Below, piece after piece: positions 10,189 to 20,980 of a stretch of 64,000 bases of DNA (position 1 is the first letter of the stretch; each line of letters begins with the position of its first letter). Both the position numbers and the translations under genes were made by a program. The DNA comes from Spirochaetia bacterium. Lineage in GTDB: Bacteria; Spirochaetota; Spirochaetia; CADAEX01. The notes below the pieces were generated by a model that worked only from the letters and a program-made list of their open reading frames with translations, was not told the origin of the DNA and did no database searches. The stretch is taken from positions 3,104,001-3,168,000 of the forward strand of contig OY759746.1 of assembly GCA_963662795.1 (NCBI GenBank), read 5' to 3'.

Positions 10189-11688
10189 TTATATATTCCC
10201 ACTGTATCCGGCATTTTTTAACGCAGTAAGAGCTGCTTCTCTCTCATTCCATGGAACAGGACCGGTTTTATAAATTATTGTGGATTCATGCCCTTTCCCG
10301 AGGAGAATTACTGTATCACCTTTTTCTGCGATTTCAACAGCCTTGCTGATTGCTTCCTGCCTGTCAGATATAAGATAAAGCGATGACTTATCAAAAGCAG
10401 GCTTTATCCCGGAAGAAATCTGCCGGATAATACCCATTGAATCTTCTCCGCGCGGGTCTTCGTCTGTCAGAATCAGTATATCGCTGTAACGGGAGGCAAT
10501 TTTACCCTGAATTGCCCTTTTTTCGGTATCCCGCTCTCCCGCGGAACCGAAAAGAGCGATAAGACGGCCTTTCACAGTTTTTTTTATCATTGGGAATATT
10601 TTTTCAAATGCTCCGGGTGTGTGTGCATAATCTACAATTACAGTAAAATCCTGTCCTGAATTTATTATATCCATTCTCCCTTTTACAGAGACAAGATGCC
10701 CTGATAAGGAGAGTACCTTCCCCATATCCTCCCCGGTAATACCGGAGACGGCAAGAGAAGCGGCAAGAAAATTCTCTATGTTGAAAATACCAGGAACAGG
10801 AAGGATGCACCTGAATGATTGTCCCTTATAATTGGCATCAAACGAGGAACTCAGGCTGTCCGAAATAATGGACGAGGCATAAATATCACTTTTATTATCT
10901 TCCAGTGAATATGAAACAACCGGGGAGGCAGCAGCATTGATAAAGCTCATCTTTGAAGGTTCGCTGTAGTTTACAACACAAAATCCGGTTGTCTTTCTGA
11001 AAAGATTCGCCTTGTCGTTAATATAGTTTTCCATTGTCCCGTGGAATTCAAGATGCTCATGAGTAACATTGGTCAGTACCGCCGCATCATACTTTATTGC
11101 GGCAAGACGGGATGTTTTTTCCGAAAGGCCGTGTGAAGTTGATTCAATTACTCCGTATTCAAAATTGTTCTGAACCATTTCTGAAATAATATGCATTATA
11201 TCAGGTGATTCAGGAGTTGACTGTCTGTATGGATTTTTTTCCGGCTTACCGCTGCCGTCATATTCAACTGTAGAAATAAAACCGGACTTTTTTCCAAGCA
11301 GGTTTAAGAGCTGGTAAATAAAAGAGACTGTAGTGCTTTTACCGTCAGTTCCTGTAACACCGATAATTTTGATGTTCTCCGCGGGATTCCCGTACCACTC
11401 TGATGAAAAGAAAGCCATAGCCTTTCTGGTATCATCAACAAGAATCCAGGAAACTGAAGTATTGATTTTTTCCGGCATCCTGGAAACAAATATGGCTGAG
11501 GCGCCCCTTTCAATTGCATCTTCAATAAAGTTATGTCCGTCTGTATGAATACCTGTAAGCGCGAAAAAGGCATAACCGGTTTTTACGCAGCGCGAATCGT
11601 ATGCTATTCCTTCAATCAAAACATCGGGATTGCCTGCTGTAAGGTTTATATTGCAGTTATTAAGCAAAGCTGATAATCTTTTCGTCAT
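10189..11688 (-). CDS. murE: UDP-MurNAc-dipeptide:diamino acid ligase MurE
   Basis: DSRCV, GVTGTDGKST, STPES, ESTSHGL, EHLEFHG, VDYAHTP, GSAGERD and GKGHE motifs. Start set at ATG 11688. Confidence 0.95.
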   Translation of the reverse strand: MTKRLSALLNNCNINLTAGNPDVLIEGIAYDSRCVKTGYAFFALTGIHTDGHNFIEDAIERGASAIFVSRMPEKINTSVSWILVDDTRKAMAFFSSEWYGNPAENIKIIGVTGTDGKSTTVSFIYQLLNLLGKKSGFISTVEYDGSGKPEKNPYRQSTPESPDIMHIISEMVQNNFEYGVIESTSHGLSEKTSRLAAIKYDAAVLTNVTHEHLEFHGTMENYINDKANLFRKTTGFCVVNYSEPSKMSFINAAASPVVSYSLEDNKSDIYASSIISDSLSSSFDANYKGQSFRCILPVPGIFNIENFLAASLAVSGITGEDMGKVLSLSGHLVSVKGRMDIINSGQDFTVIVDYAHTPGAFEKIFPMIKKTVKGRLIALFGSAGERDTEKRAIQGKIASRYSDILILTDEDPRGEDSMGIIRQISSGIKPAFDKSSLYLISDRQEAISKAVEIAEKGDTVILLGKGHESTIIYKTGPVPWNEREAALTALKNAGYSGNI

Positions 11689-11738
11689 AATAATGATATT
11701 ATCAATATATTGGTGTATCTTCAATAGAGGCGGATTAA

Positions 11739-12122
11739 ATGTATACAGTAAGAGCAGAGGATAGTTTTGCCGCGGCTCATTATCTTAAAAATTATCACGG
11801 TAAATGTGAAAATCTGCACGGACACAATTATAAAGTAAGGGTATATGTAAAGGGTAGAGAACTGGACCCGGGCGGAATGCTTCTTGACTTTGGAATTCTT
11901 AAAAAAATACTCAAAAAAATACTTGAAGACTTTGACCATAAAAATCTTAATGACATCCCTTTTTTCATGGAGAGAGACCCAAGCGCGGAACTTATTGCAT
12001 ACTATATTTTTCAGATGATAAAAGAGGAACTGCCGAATGCGGGAGGAGATTGTTCTCTAACCAGGGTTGAGGTTTTTGAGACTGAAAAAAATCTTGCATA
12101 TTATGAAGAAGAAGATATATAG
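11739..12122 (+). CDS. queD: 6-carboxy-5,6,7,8-tetrahydropterin synthase QueD
   Basis: FAAAHYL...GKCENLHGHNY, DFDHKNLN, PSAE and VFETE motifs. Confidence 0.92.
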   Translation: MYTVRAEDSFAAAHYLKNYHGKCENLHGHNYKVRVYVKGRELDPGGMLLDFGILKKILKKILEDFDHKNLNDIPFFMERDPSAELIAYYIFQMIKEELPNAGGDCSLTRVEVFETEKNLAYYEEEDI

Positions 12123-12143
12123 TAATATAACGGGAGCTGGCAG

Positions 12144-12797
12144 TTGAAGATAATCGGCTTATCTGATATCCATGGGAATATTAAATATATTTCAGGGATT
12201 AAAAATGAAATAAAATCAGCAGATCTTGTCCTTATAGCCGGTGATATTACTCATTTCGGATATTCACCTGATGCTGAAAAGATTATTTCCGCAATCATGG
12301 AGATTAATAAAAATATTTTTTCAATTACCGGTAACTGCGATAATAAATCTGTTGCAGAGTTTATAGAGAATATTGGTATTTCTGCTGAAGGGAAAGAGGT
12401 TTATTACAAACCTTTTGATCTTAAAATACTTGGTTTCGGAGGGTCAGTTTCAACACCGGTAAACACTCCCAATACTTTTCCTGAATCTGTTTTCCTTGAT
12501 TTTTTCTCTTCGAAAGATTCGTCACCCGATATTTTACTTACGCATCAACCCCCTTACAATACATCTTCAGACAGGGTAATGGGAGTGAAGCATGTCGGAA
12601 GTCCTGCCATCAGGGCTTTTCTTGATGTGAAAAAACCGCGTCTTTGTCTGTGCGGACATATTCATGAGTCAATATGCGCAGATTATTGCGGAGAGACACT
12701 TGTAGTTAATCCCGGTCCGTTTAAAAACGGTTATTACAGCATAATCTACAGCGAAGACAGGACAGGCAAGTTTACTGCTGAATTGTTAAGGCTTTAG
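12144..12797 (+). CDS. Calcineurin-like metallophosphoesterase
   Basis: SDIHG, AGDIT, GNCD, THQPP, GHIHE and NPGP motifs. Confidence 0.9.
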   Translation: MKIIGLSDIHGNIKYISGIKNEIKSADLVLIAGDITHFGYSPDAEKIISAIMEINKNIFSITGNCDNKSVAEFIENIGISAEGKEVYYKPFDLKILGFGGSVSTPVNTPNTFPESVFLDFFSSKDSSPDILLTHQPPYNTSSDRVMGVKHVGSPAIRAFLDVKKPRLCLCGHIHESICADYCGETLVVNPGPFKNGYYSIIYSEDRTGKFTAELLRL

Positions 12798-12906
12798 ACA
12801 GTTTTACAACATATCAGACCTCATGACGAAAGGGATTCATATTTTAAAAAAGTCATGTTTTGAAAAAGGTTTTTATAATTTGAAAACTTAGCTGGAGGTC
12901 TTTTAA

Positions 12907-14760
12907 GTGAAAAAAAACAATTCAGAAAAAGGTATAAAATTAACTCTTAAATTATCAATTCTTGTCGGCTCTGTCATCCTTATTACACAGTTATTAAGCA
13001 CAGCAACAGCAATTCATCTTGCTTCAGGCACTGCCAATAATATTATGGAAATGAATGTTCTCGCAAAACTGAATGGAGACTTAAATTCCGCAGGTGTATA
13101 TCTGGAAAAATATTATGGGAAATTAAGTCTGGTGCAGAATAATTATCTTGCTGATGAACAGGGTAAACCGATAATCGGCAGTTATAAAATGATCGACAGC
13201 CTGCTCAGGGATCTTGGTACTGTAGCAACTATATTCATGAAAAAGGATGATGATTTTATCCGGGTTGTTACAAATCTGAAAAATGAGAGCGGAGACAGGG
13301 CAATAGGAACAATGCTCGGGACAGACAGCCCTGCATATAAAGACGTTATTGCCGGAAAAGTTTTTATTGGCCGTGACAGTGTTCTTGGAAAAAACTATTT
13401 CTCAGCCTACAATCCAATCACGGATACCAAAGGAGAAATAATCGGAATTCTCTTTATCGGAGTTCCTGTCAATGAATCTCAGCAAAGTATTACTCATTCA
13501 ATAAAGACCCTTTCAATAACAATGATGATCGTTTCGTTCGCCTCAATAATAATTGTTACATTTATAATCATTTTATTTTCGAACAGACTTATAATCAAAC
13601 CAATCAAATCAACTGCCGCAATGCTTAAAGATATATCTGAAGGAGAGGGAGACCTTACCAAAAAGCTTGTAGTAAAAAGCAGGGATGAAATTCGGGAAAT
13701 GTGCGATTATTTTAATCTGACAATTGAAAAAATAGCAAAAATGATTGCTAAAATAAAAAAAGAATCAACCGCTCTTAAGGAGGTAGGTGATGAGCTCTCG
13801 TCAAATATGACCGAGACAGCTTCTGCAGTAAATCAAATAACCGCCAATATCTCAGGTATCAAAAATCAGACAGTAAACCAGTCCTCAGGTGTCTCACAGG
13901 CAAATGAAACAGTAAAAGAAATTGCATCAGACATAAATAATCTGAATAGTTTAATTGATAATCAGGCCGCAAGTGTTATTCAGTCATCATCAGCGATAGA
14001 AGAAATGGTTGCCAATATAAAATCAGTAGGCAACATACTGAATAATAACAGCAAATCAGTAGATGAATTGAAAATTGCTTCAGAAACAGGAAAAAACGGC
14101 ATTATTGAAGTTTCAGAATTGATTAATTCAATTTCAAGGGATTCTGAAGGATTGATTGAGGCAAGTTCCATAATCCAGGGTATTGCCGGACAGACAAATC
14201 TGCTTTCAATGAATGCCGCAATTGAAGCCGCGCACGCCGGAGATTCAGGAAAAGGCTTTGCTGTTGTGGCCGGGGAGATCCGTAAACTCTCTGAGAATGC
14301 AGCAACTCAGGGAAAAGAAATTATAAAGGTTTTAAAGAATCTCAAAACAGCAATAGACAGGGTAACTGAATTGTCCGAAAAGGCAAAAACCCAATTCGAA
14401 AGTATGTTCCAGCTTACTGATGTTGTAAAGAATCAGGAAAATATTATTAAGAATGCAATGGAAGAGCAGACAAGCGGTGGTACCCAGGTGCTTGAAGCGA
14501 TCGGTGAGATTAATAATATCACTGTTAAGGTAAGGGATGGTTCTGCCAAGATGCTTGAAGGCAGCAGCCGCGTTATTGAAGAGATGAATCACGTATATAT
14601 GGTTACACAGGAAATAACAGGCAGCATGAATGAAATGGCAGTAGGTACAGGTGAAATAAACAGCGCTGTAAACGAAGTTAACAGGATAACCCAGAAAAAC
14701 CGGGAAAGCATCAATGTGCTTATTGACGAGGTTTCACGGTTCAGGGTTAAATCTGAGTAA
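12907..14760 (+). CDS. Methyl-accepting chemotaxis protein with Cache-type sensor and HAMP domain
   Basis: TM, Cache-like periplasmic domain (ATIF...RVVTNL...GDRAIGT), TM, HAMP (GEGDLT...DEI) and hairpin QTNLLSMNAAIEAAHAG..GKGFAVVA. Confidence 0.95.
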   Translation: MKKNNSEKGIKLTLKLSILVGSVILITQLLSTATAIHLASGTANNIMEMNVLAKLNGDLNSAGVYLEKYYGKLSLVQNNYLADEQGKPIIGSYKMIDSLLRDLGTVATIFMKKDDDFIRVVTNLKNESGDRAIGTMLGTDSPAYKDVIAGKVFIGRDSVLGKNYFSAYNPITDTKGEIIGILFIGVPVNESQQSITHSIKTLSITMMIVSFASIIIVTFIIILFSNRLIIKPIKSTAAMLKDISEGEGDLTKKLVVKSRDEIREMCDYFNLTIEKIAKMIAKIKKESTALKEVGDELSSNMTETASAVNQITANISGIKNQTVNQSSGVSQANETVKEIASDINNLNSLIDNQAASVIQSSSAIEEMVANIKSVGNILNNNSKSVDELKIASETGKNGIIEVSELINSISRDSEGLIEASSIIQGIAGQTNLLSMNAAIEAAHAGDSGKGFAVVAGEIRKLSENAATQGKEIIKVLKNLKTAIDRVTELSEKAKTQFESMFQLTDVVKNQENIIKNAMEEQTSGGTQVLEAIGEINNITVKVRDGSAKMLEGSSRVIEEMNHVYMVTQEITGSMNEMAVGTGEINSAVNEVNRITQKNRESINVLIDEVSRFRVKSE

Positions 14761-14882
14761 ATAATGCGGCATGTTCTTTAATTACAGAACCATAAAAGTA
14801 CTCCGGTATGTGAAAAGAATAATCCGTAATTTTACTTGTACGCTTGAGAATCGTTAATTATAATTTAGAAAAGGATTTAATT

Positions 14883-17018
14883 ATGAAAAGTATTGTATCT
14901 TACAAATCTCTGCACCGCGGCGGATTTCTGGTTGAAACACCTGCCGGGAATATACAGTTCGGCGTTCCACCTGAGACAATCAAAGATACAATGCTCCTTC
15001 CGGGAGGAGTCCCTAAGGTTTTTATACTGATGGAGAAAATGTTTGACTGGAAAAAAGGGATAAGCTTCGCAGAAATTGAGTTTCCAATTTATTTTAATTT
15101 TTTCATAAAAAAGAAAAAAACAACAATAGTATGCAAGGAAAATCAGCTTGACCGCATAAAAAACATGTTTCAGGAAGCAGTTTTCGGTCCGCTTGAAATC
15201 AATCTTAAGCAGGATTATAACGATATCTGTCCGGTTTGTGCTGTTCCTGACATAAGAAAAGAGATGGACTACTTCAGAAATAATCTGCAGATATCAGATC
15301 TTATTGAAATAAAACTTTTCAGGGATGATTCTGCAACTATTGGTGATCTTGAGATCAGGATAAACAGGGACATGGAATTTGAGGTTTATTATGCTGAAAA
15401 AAACATAGCCAAAGTCCCGGGCGATTTTATATACAAACCTACCTATATACTTGGTGAAAGGCTGAAGGAGCCGTACAAACCGCCTCTTTTCAGCATAACA
15501 TGCCTTGGCCCCAGCCATGGTTTCGATCCTACAGAAAACACTTCGGGTTATGTTATATGGCTTAATCATCACGGTATTATGGTTGATCCTCCTGTAAACT
15601 CTACAGAATGGCTTGAGGATTCAAATGTCAATCCCAAACTTATTGACAGCATCATTCTTACTCACTGCCATGCAGACCATGATGCAGGAACTTTTCAGAA
15701 AATCCTGAAAGAAGGCCGGATTACCATCTATTCGACAAAAACTGTAATAATGAGTTTTATCCGAAAGTATGCGGCTCTTTCCAATGTCGAAGAAGCTCTC
15801 CTTCTGAAACTTTTTCAATTCAGTCAGATTAAAATCGGGAAACCTGTTTTCATACACGGCGGAAAGTTTGAAATGTTTTATACGCTTCATTCAATTCCTA
15901 CCCTGGGGTTTAAAATGGAATTCCAGGACCAGACTTTTGTCTATTCTTCTGACCATAACAATGACCCTGAACTACATAAAACCCTGTTGGAAAAGAAAAT
16001 AATAACAAAAGAAAGATACAATGAATTTACAAATTTCCCCTGGGATTCAAAAGTAATATATCATGAATCAGGAGTGCCTCCTCTTCATACTCCAATAGCG
16101 TATCTGAATTCTCTCCCCCAGGAGTTACAGAAAAAAACAGTAGTATATCATATCGCTAAAAAGGATTTTCCCGCAGAGACTTCTTTAGCCCTTGCAACGT
16201 TCGGCATGGAAAATACACTTAATTTCAAGACCAAAGCGCCTTATTACGAAAAATCCTATCAGGTTTTGAATATTTTAAAGCACCTTGATTTCTCGCAGGA
16301 TCTACCTCTTGGTAAAGCACAGGAATTTATAACCATAGTAGAGGAGGAGGATTTCCATAAAGGGGATTACATTGTCAGGAAGGGGACAACCGGGGACAAA
16401 TTCTATATTATCTATTCCGGTAATATTTCAGTTTCAGGAAGCGGCCTTCAAAAGAAAAAGATATACGGGACATACGAATATTTCGGCGAGGTTGCTCTCA
16501 TCAGCGGCAGTGAACGCACAGCGGACGTAATCGCAGAGACAGATGTAACTGCATATTCAATTACAAGAGACAGGTTTTTGAGTTTTATCGCAGGCACAGA
16601 ATTTGAAAAAACCCTTATCCGGCTTTCAAAAACACGCAGCAGTGAAACATGGAACCTGCTTTCCACCAGCAGCTTTTTCCAGAGCTGTTCCTCATATCAG
16701 AAAACATGGCTTGAATCCATATTTGTTGAAGTAATAAGAAAAGAAAAAGGTGTCATACAGAAGGAAGGGGAGGAAATCGAGCATATATATCTGATACAGG
16801 ATGGAAATATCGACGTGTCTGTAAAGGGTAAAAAAATAGCTGAACTCAAACACGGCGATTTTATAGGATCGCTTGAAAAAGCCTATGAAAATAAAAAATC
16901 TGAGAAGACATTTTCCAATAAAACGCCTGTAAAACTTTATTCAATAAAAAAGGAGGATATAATTAATTTTGCTGACAGGAATCCCGGTCTCATGATGAAA
17001 CTTGCATATGATTTTTAA
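14883..17018 (+). CDS. MBL-fold metallo-hydrolase with two cNMP-binding domains (putative cyclic nucleotide phosphodiesterase)
   Basis: THCHADHD (HxHxDH), HSIP and YSSDH motifs; cNMP phosphate-binding cassette FGEVAL...RTA, plus a second degenerate cNMP domain. ATG 14883 follows AAGGA. Confidence 0.85.
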   Translation: MKSIVSYKSLHRGGFLVETPAGNIQFGVPPETIKDTMLLPGGVPKVFILMEKMFDWKKGISFAEIEFPIYFNFFIKKKKTTIVCKENQLDRIKNMFQEAVFGPLEINLKQDYNDICPVCAVPDIRKEMDYFRNNLQISDLIEIKLFRDDSATIGDLEIRINRDMEFEVYYAEKNIAKVPGDFIYKPTYILGERLKEPYKPPLFSITCLGPSHGFDPTENTSGYVIWLNHHGIMVDPPVNSTEWLEDSNVNPKLIDSIILTHCHADHDAGTFQKILKEGRITIYSTKTVIMSFIRKYAALSNVEEALLLKLFQFSQIKIGKPVFIHGGKFEMFYTLHSIPTLGFKMEFQDQTFVYSSDHNNDPELHKTLLEKKIITKERYNEFTNFPWDSKVIYHESGVPPLHTPIAYLNSLPQELQKKTVVYHIAKKDFPAETSLALATFGMENTLNFKTKAPYYEKSYQVLNILKHLDFSQDLPLGKAQEFITIVEEEDFHKGDYIVRKGTTGDKFYIIYSGNISVSGSGLQKKKIYGTYEYFGEVALISGSERTADVIAETDVTAYSITRDRFLSFIAGTEFEKTLIRLSKTRSSETWNLLSTSSFFQSCSSYQKTWLESIFVEVIRKEKGVIQKEGEEIEHIYLIQDGNIDVSVKGKKIAELKHGDFIGSLEKAYENKKSEKTFSNKTPVKLYSIKKEDIINFADRNPGLMMKLAYDF

Positions 17019-17061
17019 TAATTTAAGTTGCCAATTATACTAAAGCAAATTATCATACTGA

Positions 17062-19008
17062 ATGATCAGAAATATTCTTGAAATACCATTTGTTACTTCA
17101 GGACAGTATCCTGAGAGAATTTCCCACAAAACAAAAAATACTGATGCAGTTGAGTTAAAAACCTACCGGGAATTTACGCTGCTGATACGCGAGCTGGCGG
17201 CCGGATTCAAGGCTTGCGGAATCGGCAAGGATAATCATGTGGGATTTTTTGTGAATAACCGCTTTGAGTGGATTGCAACTGATTTTGCCCTCATGGCCCT
17301 GGGAGCGGTTTCTGTTCCCCGCGGTTCAGATACAATACCAAAAGAGCTTAAATTTATATATGAACATTCTGATTCTGTATTTCTTGTTGTTGAAAAAATC
17401 AAACAGCTTGAAGAACTTGAAGATTATTTTACCGAAGAAAACTGGAACAGCTGCTTAAGGATATTTATAGTTGAAACCGGGTCTCTCGACACAGTCAGCA
17501 GTAAATATCATGAAAAAATTGTTTTTTACTCTGATCTGATTACTTTGGGTAAACAGGAACTGAAAAAAGAGCCGGACCTCATCGAAAAAAAGATAAATGA
17601 AATTGGACTGGATGATCTTTTTACAATCGTTTACACATCAGGCACAACCGGAAACCCTAAAGGGGTAATGCTTACCCAGCGCAATTTTTACCAGAATGTT
17701 GTTGCCAATACGCCAAGGCTTCAAATAGACCCGTCTAAGGGAGAAGTTACTGTTGTCATGCTGCCTTCCTGGCATGTTTACGAGAGGGCTTTCGAATATT
17801 GCGGGATATTATCCGGACTTACCTTTGTTTATTCAGGCGCAAAACGTTTTGCGGCAGATCTCCTTGAAGAGAAACCGCATATAATAATTTCTGTTCCCAG
17901 GGTATGGGAATCAATATATCAGAAACTGATAAAAGCGCTGAGCGTAATGCCCTTTTTTAAAAGACATCTGGTTTTTTCATTTATAAAAATCAATCAGATA
18001 TTTCTTTCTTCATATTTCTATCTGAAGGGCGGTTATATTTCGCTTAAAAAAAGATCCTTTTTAAGAAAGTTCTTCGCATACCTTTACAACCTGATACGCT
18101 TTATAATCACATTTCCCGGTCATATACTTGCGGGTAAATTGTTCAAACCTTTCAGGGAAAAGGTAGGCGGGGCATTGAGGGGCGCAACCTGCGGTGCAGG
18201 ATCTTTGCCGAAATACCTTGATGAACTTTTTAATTCGATCGGTATTACTCTTATAAATGCATATGGAATGACAGAGTGCGCGCCCGGTATCCTCTCCAGA
18301 ACCTTCGGGCTTAATACATTCGGATCTACAGGTTATCCATTTGATAATACTGAGGTACAGGTAAGGAGAAAGGACGGGACAATAGCTGAAACCGGGGAAA
18401 AAGGGATACTGTTTGCCAAAGGACCTCAGGTTATGAAGGGATATTATAAAAATCCTTCTGCAACAGAAGCAGTACTTGATGAAAAAGGCTGGCTTAATAC
18501 CGGTGATTTATCAATTAAAACAGAGAACGGGGAATTCCTTATTGTCGGAAGGGATAAAGATACAATTGTACTTATGGGCGGAGAAAATGTTGAACCTGAA
18601 CCGATTGAAGATAAAATAAAGGAAAGCATTTATATTGATCATGCAGTAGTACTGGGTCAGGACAGCAAGCAGCTTACGGCAATTGTCGCGGTAAATGAAC
18701 AAGAGCTTATGAGACTGGCATCAGAATTAAAGATATCTGCCAGTATTTTAAAAACCGAGGGTAAATTTTCAATCGAAAACGATGTTGTTTATGAGATTCT
18801 GATGAAAGAGGTCAACAACCTTATCTCAAAGGAGCAGGGTTTTAAGCCGTTTGAATTTATTTCAAAAATCCTTCCGGTTCACAATGATTTCAGTATTGGA
18901 AAGGAACTGACTCAGACCCTTAAAGTTAAAAGAGCATATATCGAGGAAAAATATAAAGATCTTATAGCATTCCTTACTTCAGGCGGGGATAAAAAGAAAA
19001 AAGAATAA
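17062..19008 (+). CDS. Long-chain fatty acid-CoA ligase (AMP-dependent synthetase)
   Basis: YTSGTTGNPKGVML, YGMTE, WLNTGDL and GRDKDTIVLMGGENVEP. Confidence 0.92.
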   Translation: MIRNILEIPFVTSGQYPERISHKTKNTDAVELKTYREFTLLIRELAAGFKACGIGKDNHVGFFVNNRFEWIATDFALMALGAVSVPRGSDTIPKELKFIYEHSDSVFLVVEKIKQLEELEDYFTEENWNSCLRIFIVETGSLDTVSSKYHEKIVFYSDLITLGKQELKKEPDLIEKKINEIGLDDLFTIVYTSGTTGNPKGVMLTQRNFYQNVVANTPRLQIDPSKGEVTVVMLPSWHVYERAFEYCGILSGLTFVYSGAKRFAADLLEEKPHIIISVPRVWESIYQKLIKALSVMPFFKRHLVFSFIKINQIFLSSYFYLKGGYISLKKRSFLRKFFAYLYNLIRFIITFPGHILAGKLFKPFREKVGGALRGATCGAGSLPKYLDELFNSIGITLINAYGMTECAPGILSRTFGLNTFGSTGYPFDNTEVQVRRKDGTIAETGEKGILFAKGPQVMKGYYKNPSATEAVLDEKGWLNTGDLSIKTENGEFLIVGRDKDTIVLMGGENVEPEPIEDKIKESIYIDHAVVLGQDSKQLTAIVAVNEQELMRLASELKISASILKTEGKFSIENDVVYEILMKEVNNLISKEQGFKPFEFISKILPVHNDFSIGKELTQTLKVKRAYIEEKYKDLIAFLTSGGDKKKKE

Positions 19009-19075
19009 CATAATTACCCGGGAAATTTATCCAGGGTCTTCCAGAACATCCTGTTCCCGGGTATTATCAACTGCC

Positions 19076-20980
19076 ATGAATCTGATATCAGTAGACAAAC
19101 TTTCATACACAATGCACGACAATCCTCTTTTCAGTAATATCACGCTCGGAATCGATGAGAAAGAGAGGATCGGGTTTATCGGTAAAAACGGATGCGGGAA
19201 AACGACATTCCTGCATCTTTTAAAAGGCGATCTTCAGCCGGATCAGGGAACTGTTTCCCGTAACAGCAATGCAAGGATTGAATTTTTAAGTCAGCATCCT
19301 TCATTCCGTCCCGGTTGTACACTTAAGGAATATCTGTATGAGCAGGGGGGATATCTTCCCTCGCTTTTGCTTGAATACAGGAAATGCTTTGAAGAATATT
19401 CCCATAATCATGAAAATAAAAAAAAGCTTGAAATGCTTACTGCAAAAGTTGATGCATTAAGCGGCTGGGACCTTGAAAAAGATTATATCTCAATTTTAAA
19501 TGAAATCGGTCTTAAAGACTCTTTTCTTGTTATGGATAACCTCTCAGGCGGAATGATAAAGAAAGCTGCCATTGCAAGAGTTCTTTCAATAAAACCTGAT
19601 TTTCTTATACTTGATGAGCCGACAAATCACCTTGACATAAAAACAATAGAATGGCTTGAAAAATACTTATCCTCATCAAAACTTGCATTTATTATAGTAA
19701 CCCATGACAGGTATTTTCTGGATTCTGTATGCAGCGCAATTCTTGAGCTTGAAAACGGAAGTTTTTATAAATACCAGGGAAACTATTCATATTTTCTTGA
19801 AAAAAGGGAAGAGAGGATTGCTGCACAGCGCAATGAACAGAACAGGATTGAATCAATCCTGAAAAGAGAGCTGGAATGGCTTAAGAGGGGCGCGAAAGCA
19901 AGGACAACAAAGGACAGGGGCCGGCAGCAGAGGATTGTGGATCTGATGGAGAAGCAAACTGATGAAATGCCTGAAAATGCTGATTTTACCTCATCAAACA
20001 GAAGGGCAGGCAAGAAGATACTTGAAGTCAGGAATATTTCAAAATCCTATGAGGGCAAAAAAGTGATAAACCCTTTTTCATACAGCTTTAAAAGCGGGGA
20101 AAGGATTGGGCTCATCGGTCCGAACGGGAGCGGGAAGACAACCTTTCTGGACCTCCTTACATCATCAGTCAGTCCCGACAGCGGCAGCCTTGATCCCGGC
20201 ATAAATACTAAATTCGGGTATTATGACCAGATGAGCAGGCCGCTCAACACAGACACATCAGTTCTTGAGTTTATTCAGAAAGAATCTGAGACAGTTGCAA
20301 TGGCAGACGGATCAGTAGTCTCTGCCGCGAAATTTCTTGAAATGTTCGGTTTTCCGTCATCATACCACAGGATGGAACTTAGCCGTCTTTCCGGCGGGGA
20401 AAAAAGGCGTCTTTATCTGCTGCGGATACTTTCCGGAAACCCTAATTTCCTTATTCTCGATGAACCTACCAATGATCTGGACCTCCAGACCCTCAGAAAG
20501 CTTGAGGAATACATAATAGCGTTTAAAGGGTGCGTCATGATTGTCTCCCATGACAGGGCTTTTCTGGACAGAACGACAGATTATCTTTTTCTCTTTGACG
20601 GAACCGGCGGCATTAAGGGATATACGGGTAATTACAGCGCTTATCATGAAAATGAGGAAGAAGAGAAAAAAAAGGATTCCCGGGCTGCGCGGGTTTCAAA
20701 TTCCCTGCAATCCCGCGGGAAACCGGGGAGCGGAAATAACCGGGGAACAGAAATCCCTCAGCAGAAAAAAAAGCTTACATTTAATGAAAAAAGGGAATAT
20801 GACGCAATTATGCCTGAGCTTGAGAAACTTGAAGAAGAAAAGAGCAGCCTTGAAAAATCATTTACCGATGCAGAACTTTCTCCTTTTGAACTTGCGGAAA
20901 ACCACGACAGGTATAAAAAAGTACTTGATGAAATAGAATCAAAAACAAACCGGTGGGAGGCGCTTTCCGAGTATGTCTGA
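19076..20980 (+). CDS. ABC-F family ATPase (Uup-like)
   Basis: Two ABC domains ([21 protein letters not shown] and [22 protein letters not shown]), no TM, C-terminal coiled coil [11 protein letters not shown]. Confidence 0.93.
   Translation: MNLISVDKLSYTMHDNPLFSNITLGIDEKERIGFIGKNGCGKTTFLHLLKGDLQPDQGTVSRNSNARIEFLSQHPSFRPGCTLKEYLYEQGGYLPSLLLEYRKCFEEYSHNHENKKKLEMLTAKVDALSGWDLEKDYISILNEIGLKDSFLVMDNLSGGMIKKAAIARVLSIKPDFLILDEPTNHLDIKTIEWLEKYLSSSKLAFIIVTHDRYFLDSVCSAILELENGSFYKYQGNYSYFLEKREERIAAQRNEQNRIESILKRELEWLKRGAKARTTKDRGRQQRIVDLMEKQTDEMPENADFTSSNRRAGKKILEVRNISKSYEGKKVINPFSYSFKSGERIGLIGPNGSGKTTFLDLLTSSVSPDSGSLDPGINTKFGYYDQMSRPLNTDTSVLEFIQKESETVAMADGSVVSAAKFLEMFGFPSSYHRMELSRLSGGEKRRLYLLRILSGNPNFLILDEPTNDLDLQTLRKLEEYIIAFKGCVMIVSHDRAFLDRTTDYLFLFDGTGGIKGYTGNYSAYHENEEEEKKKDSRAARVSNSLQSRGKPGSGNNRGTEIPQQKKKLTFNEKREYDAIMPELEKLEEEKSSLEKSFTDAELSPFELAENHDRYKKVLDEIESKTNRWEALSEYV

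Noticed and set aside
12803-12832. sigma28 promoter for the MCP gene (TACA-N16-GACGAAAG)
   Set aside because: The match to TAAA-N15-GCCGATAA is too weak to call.
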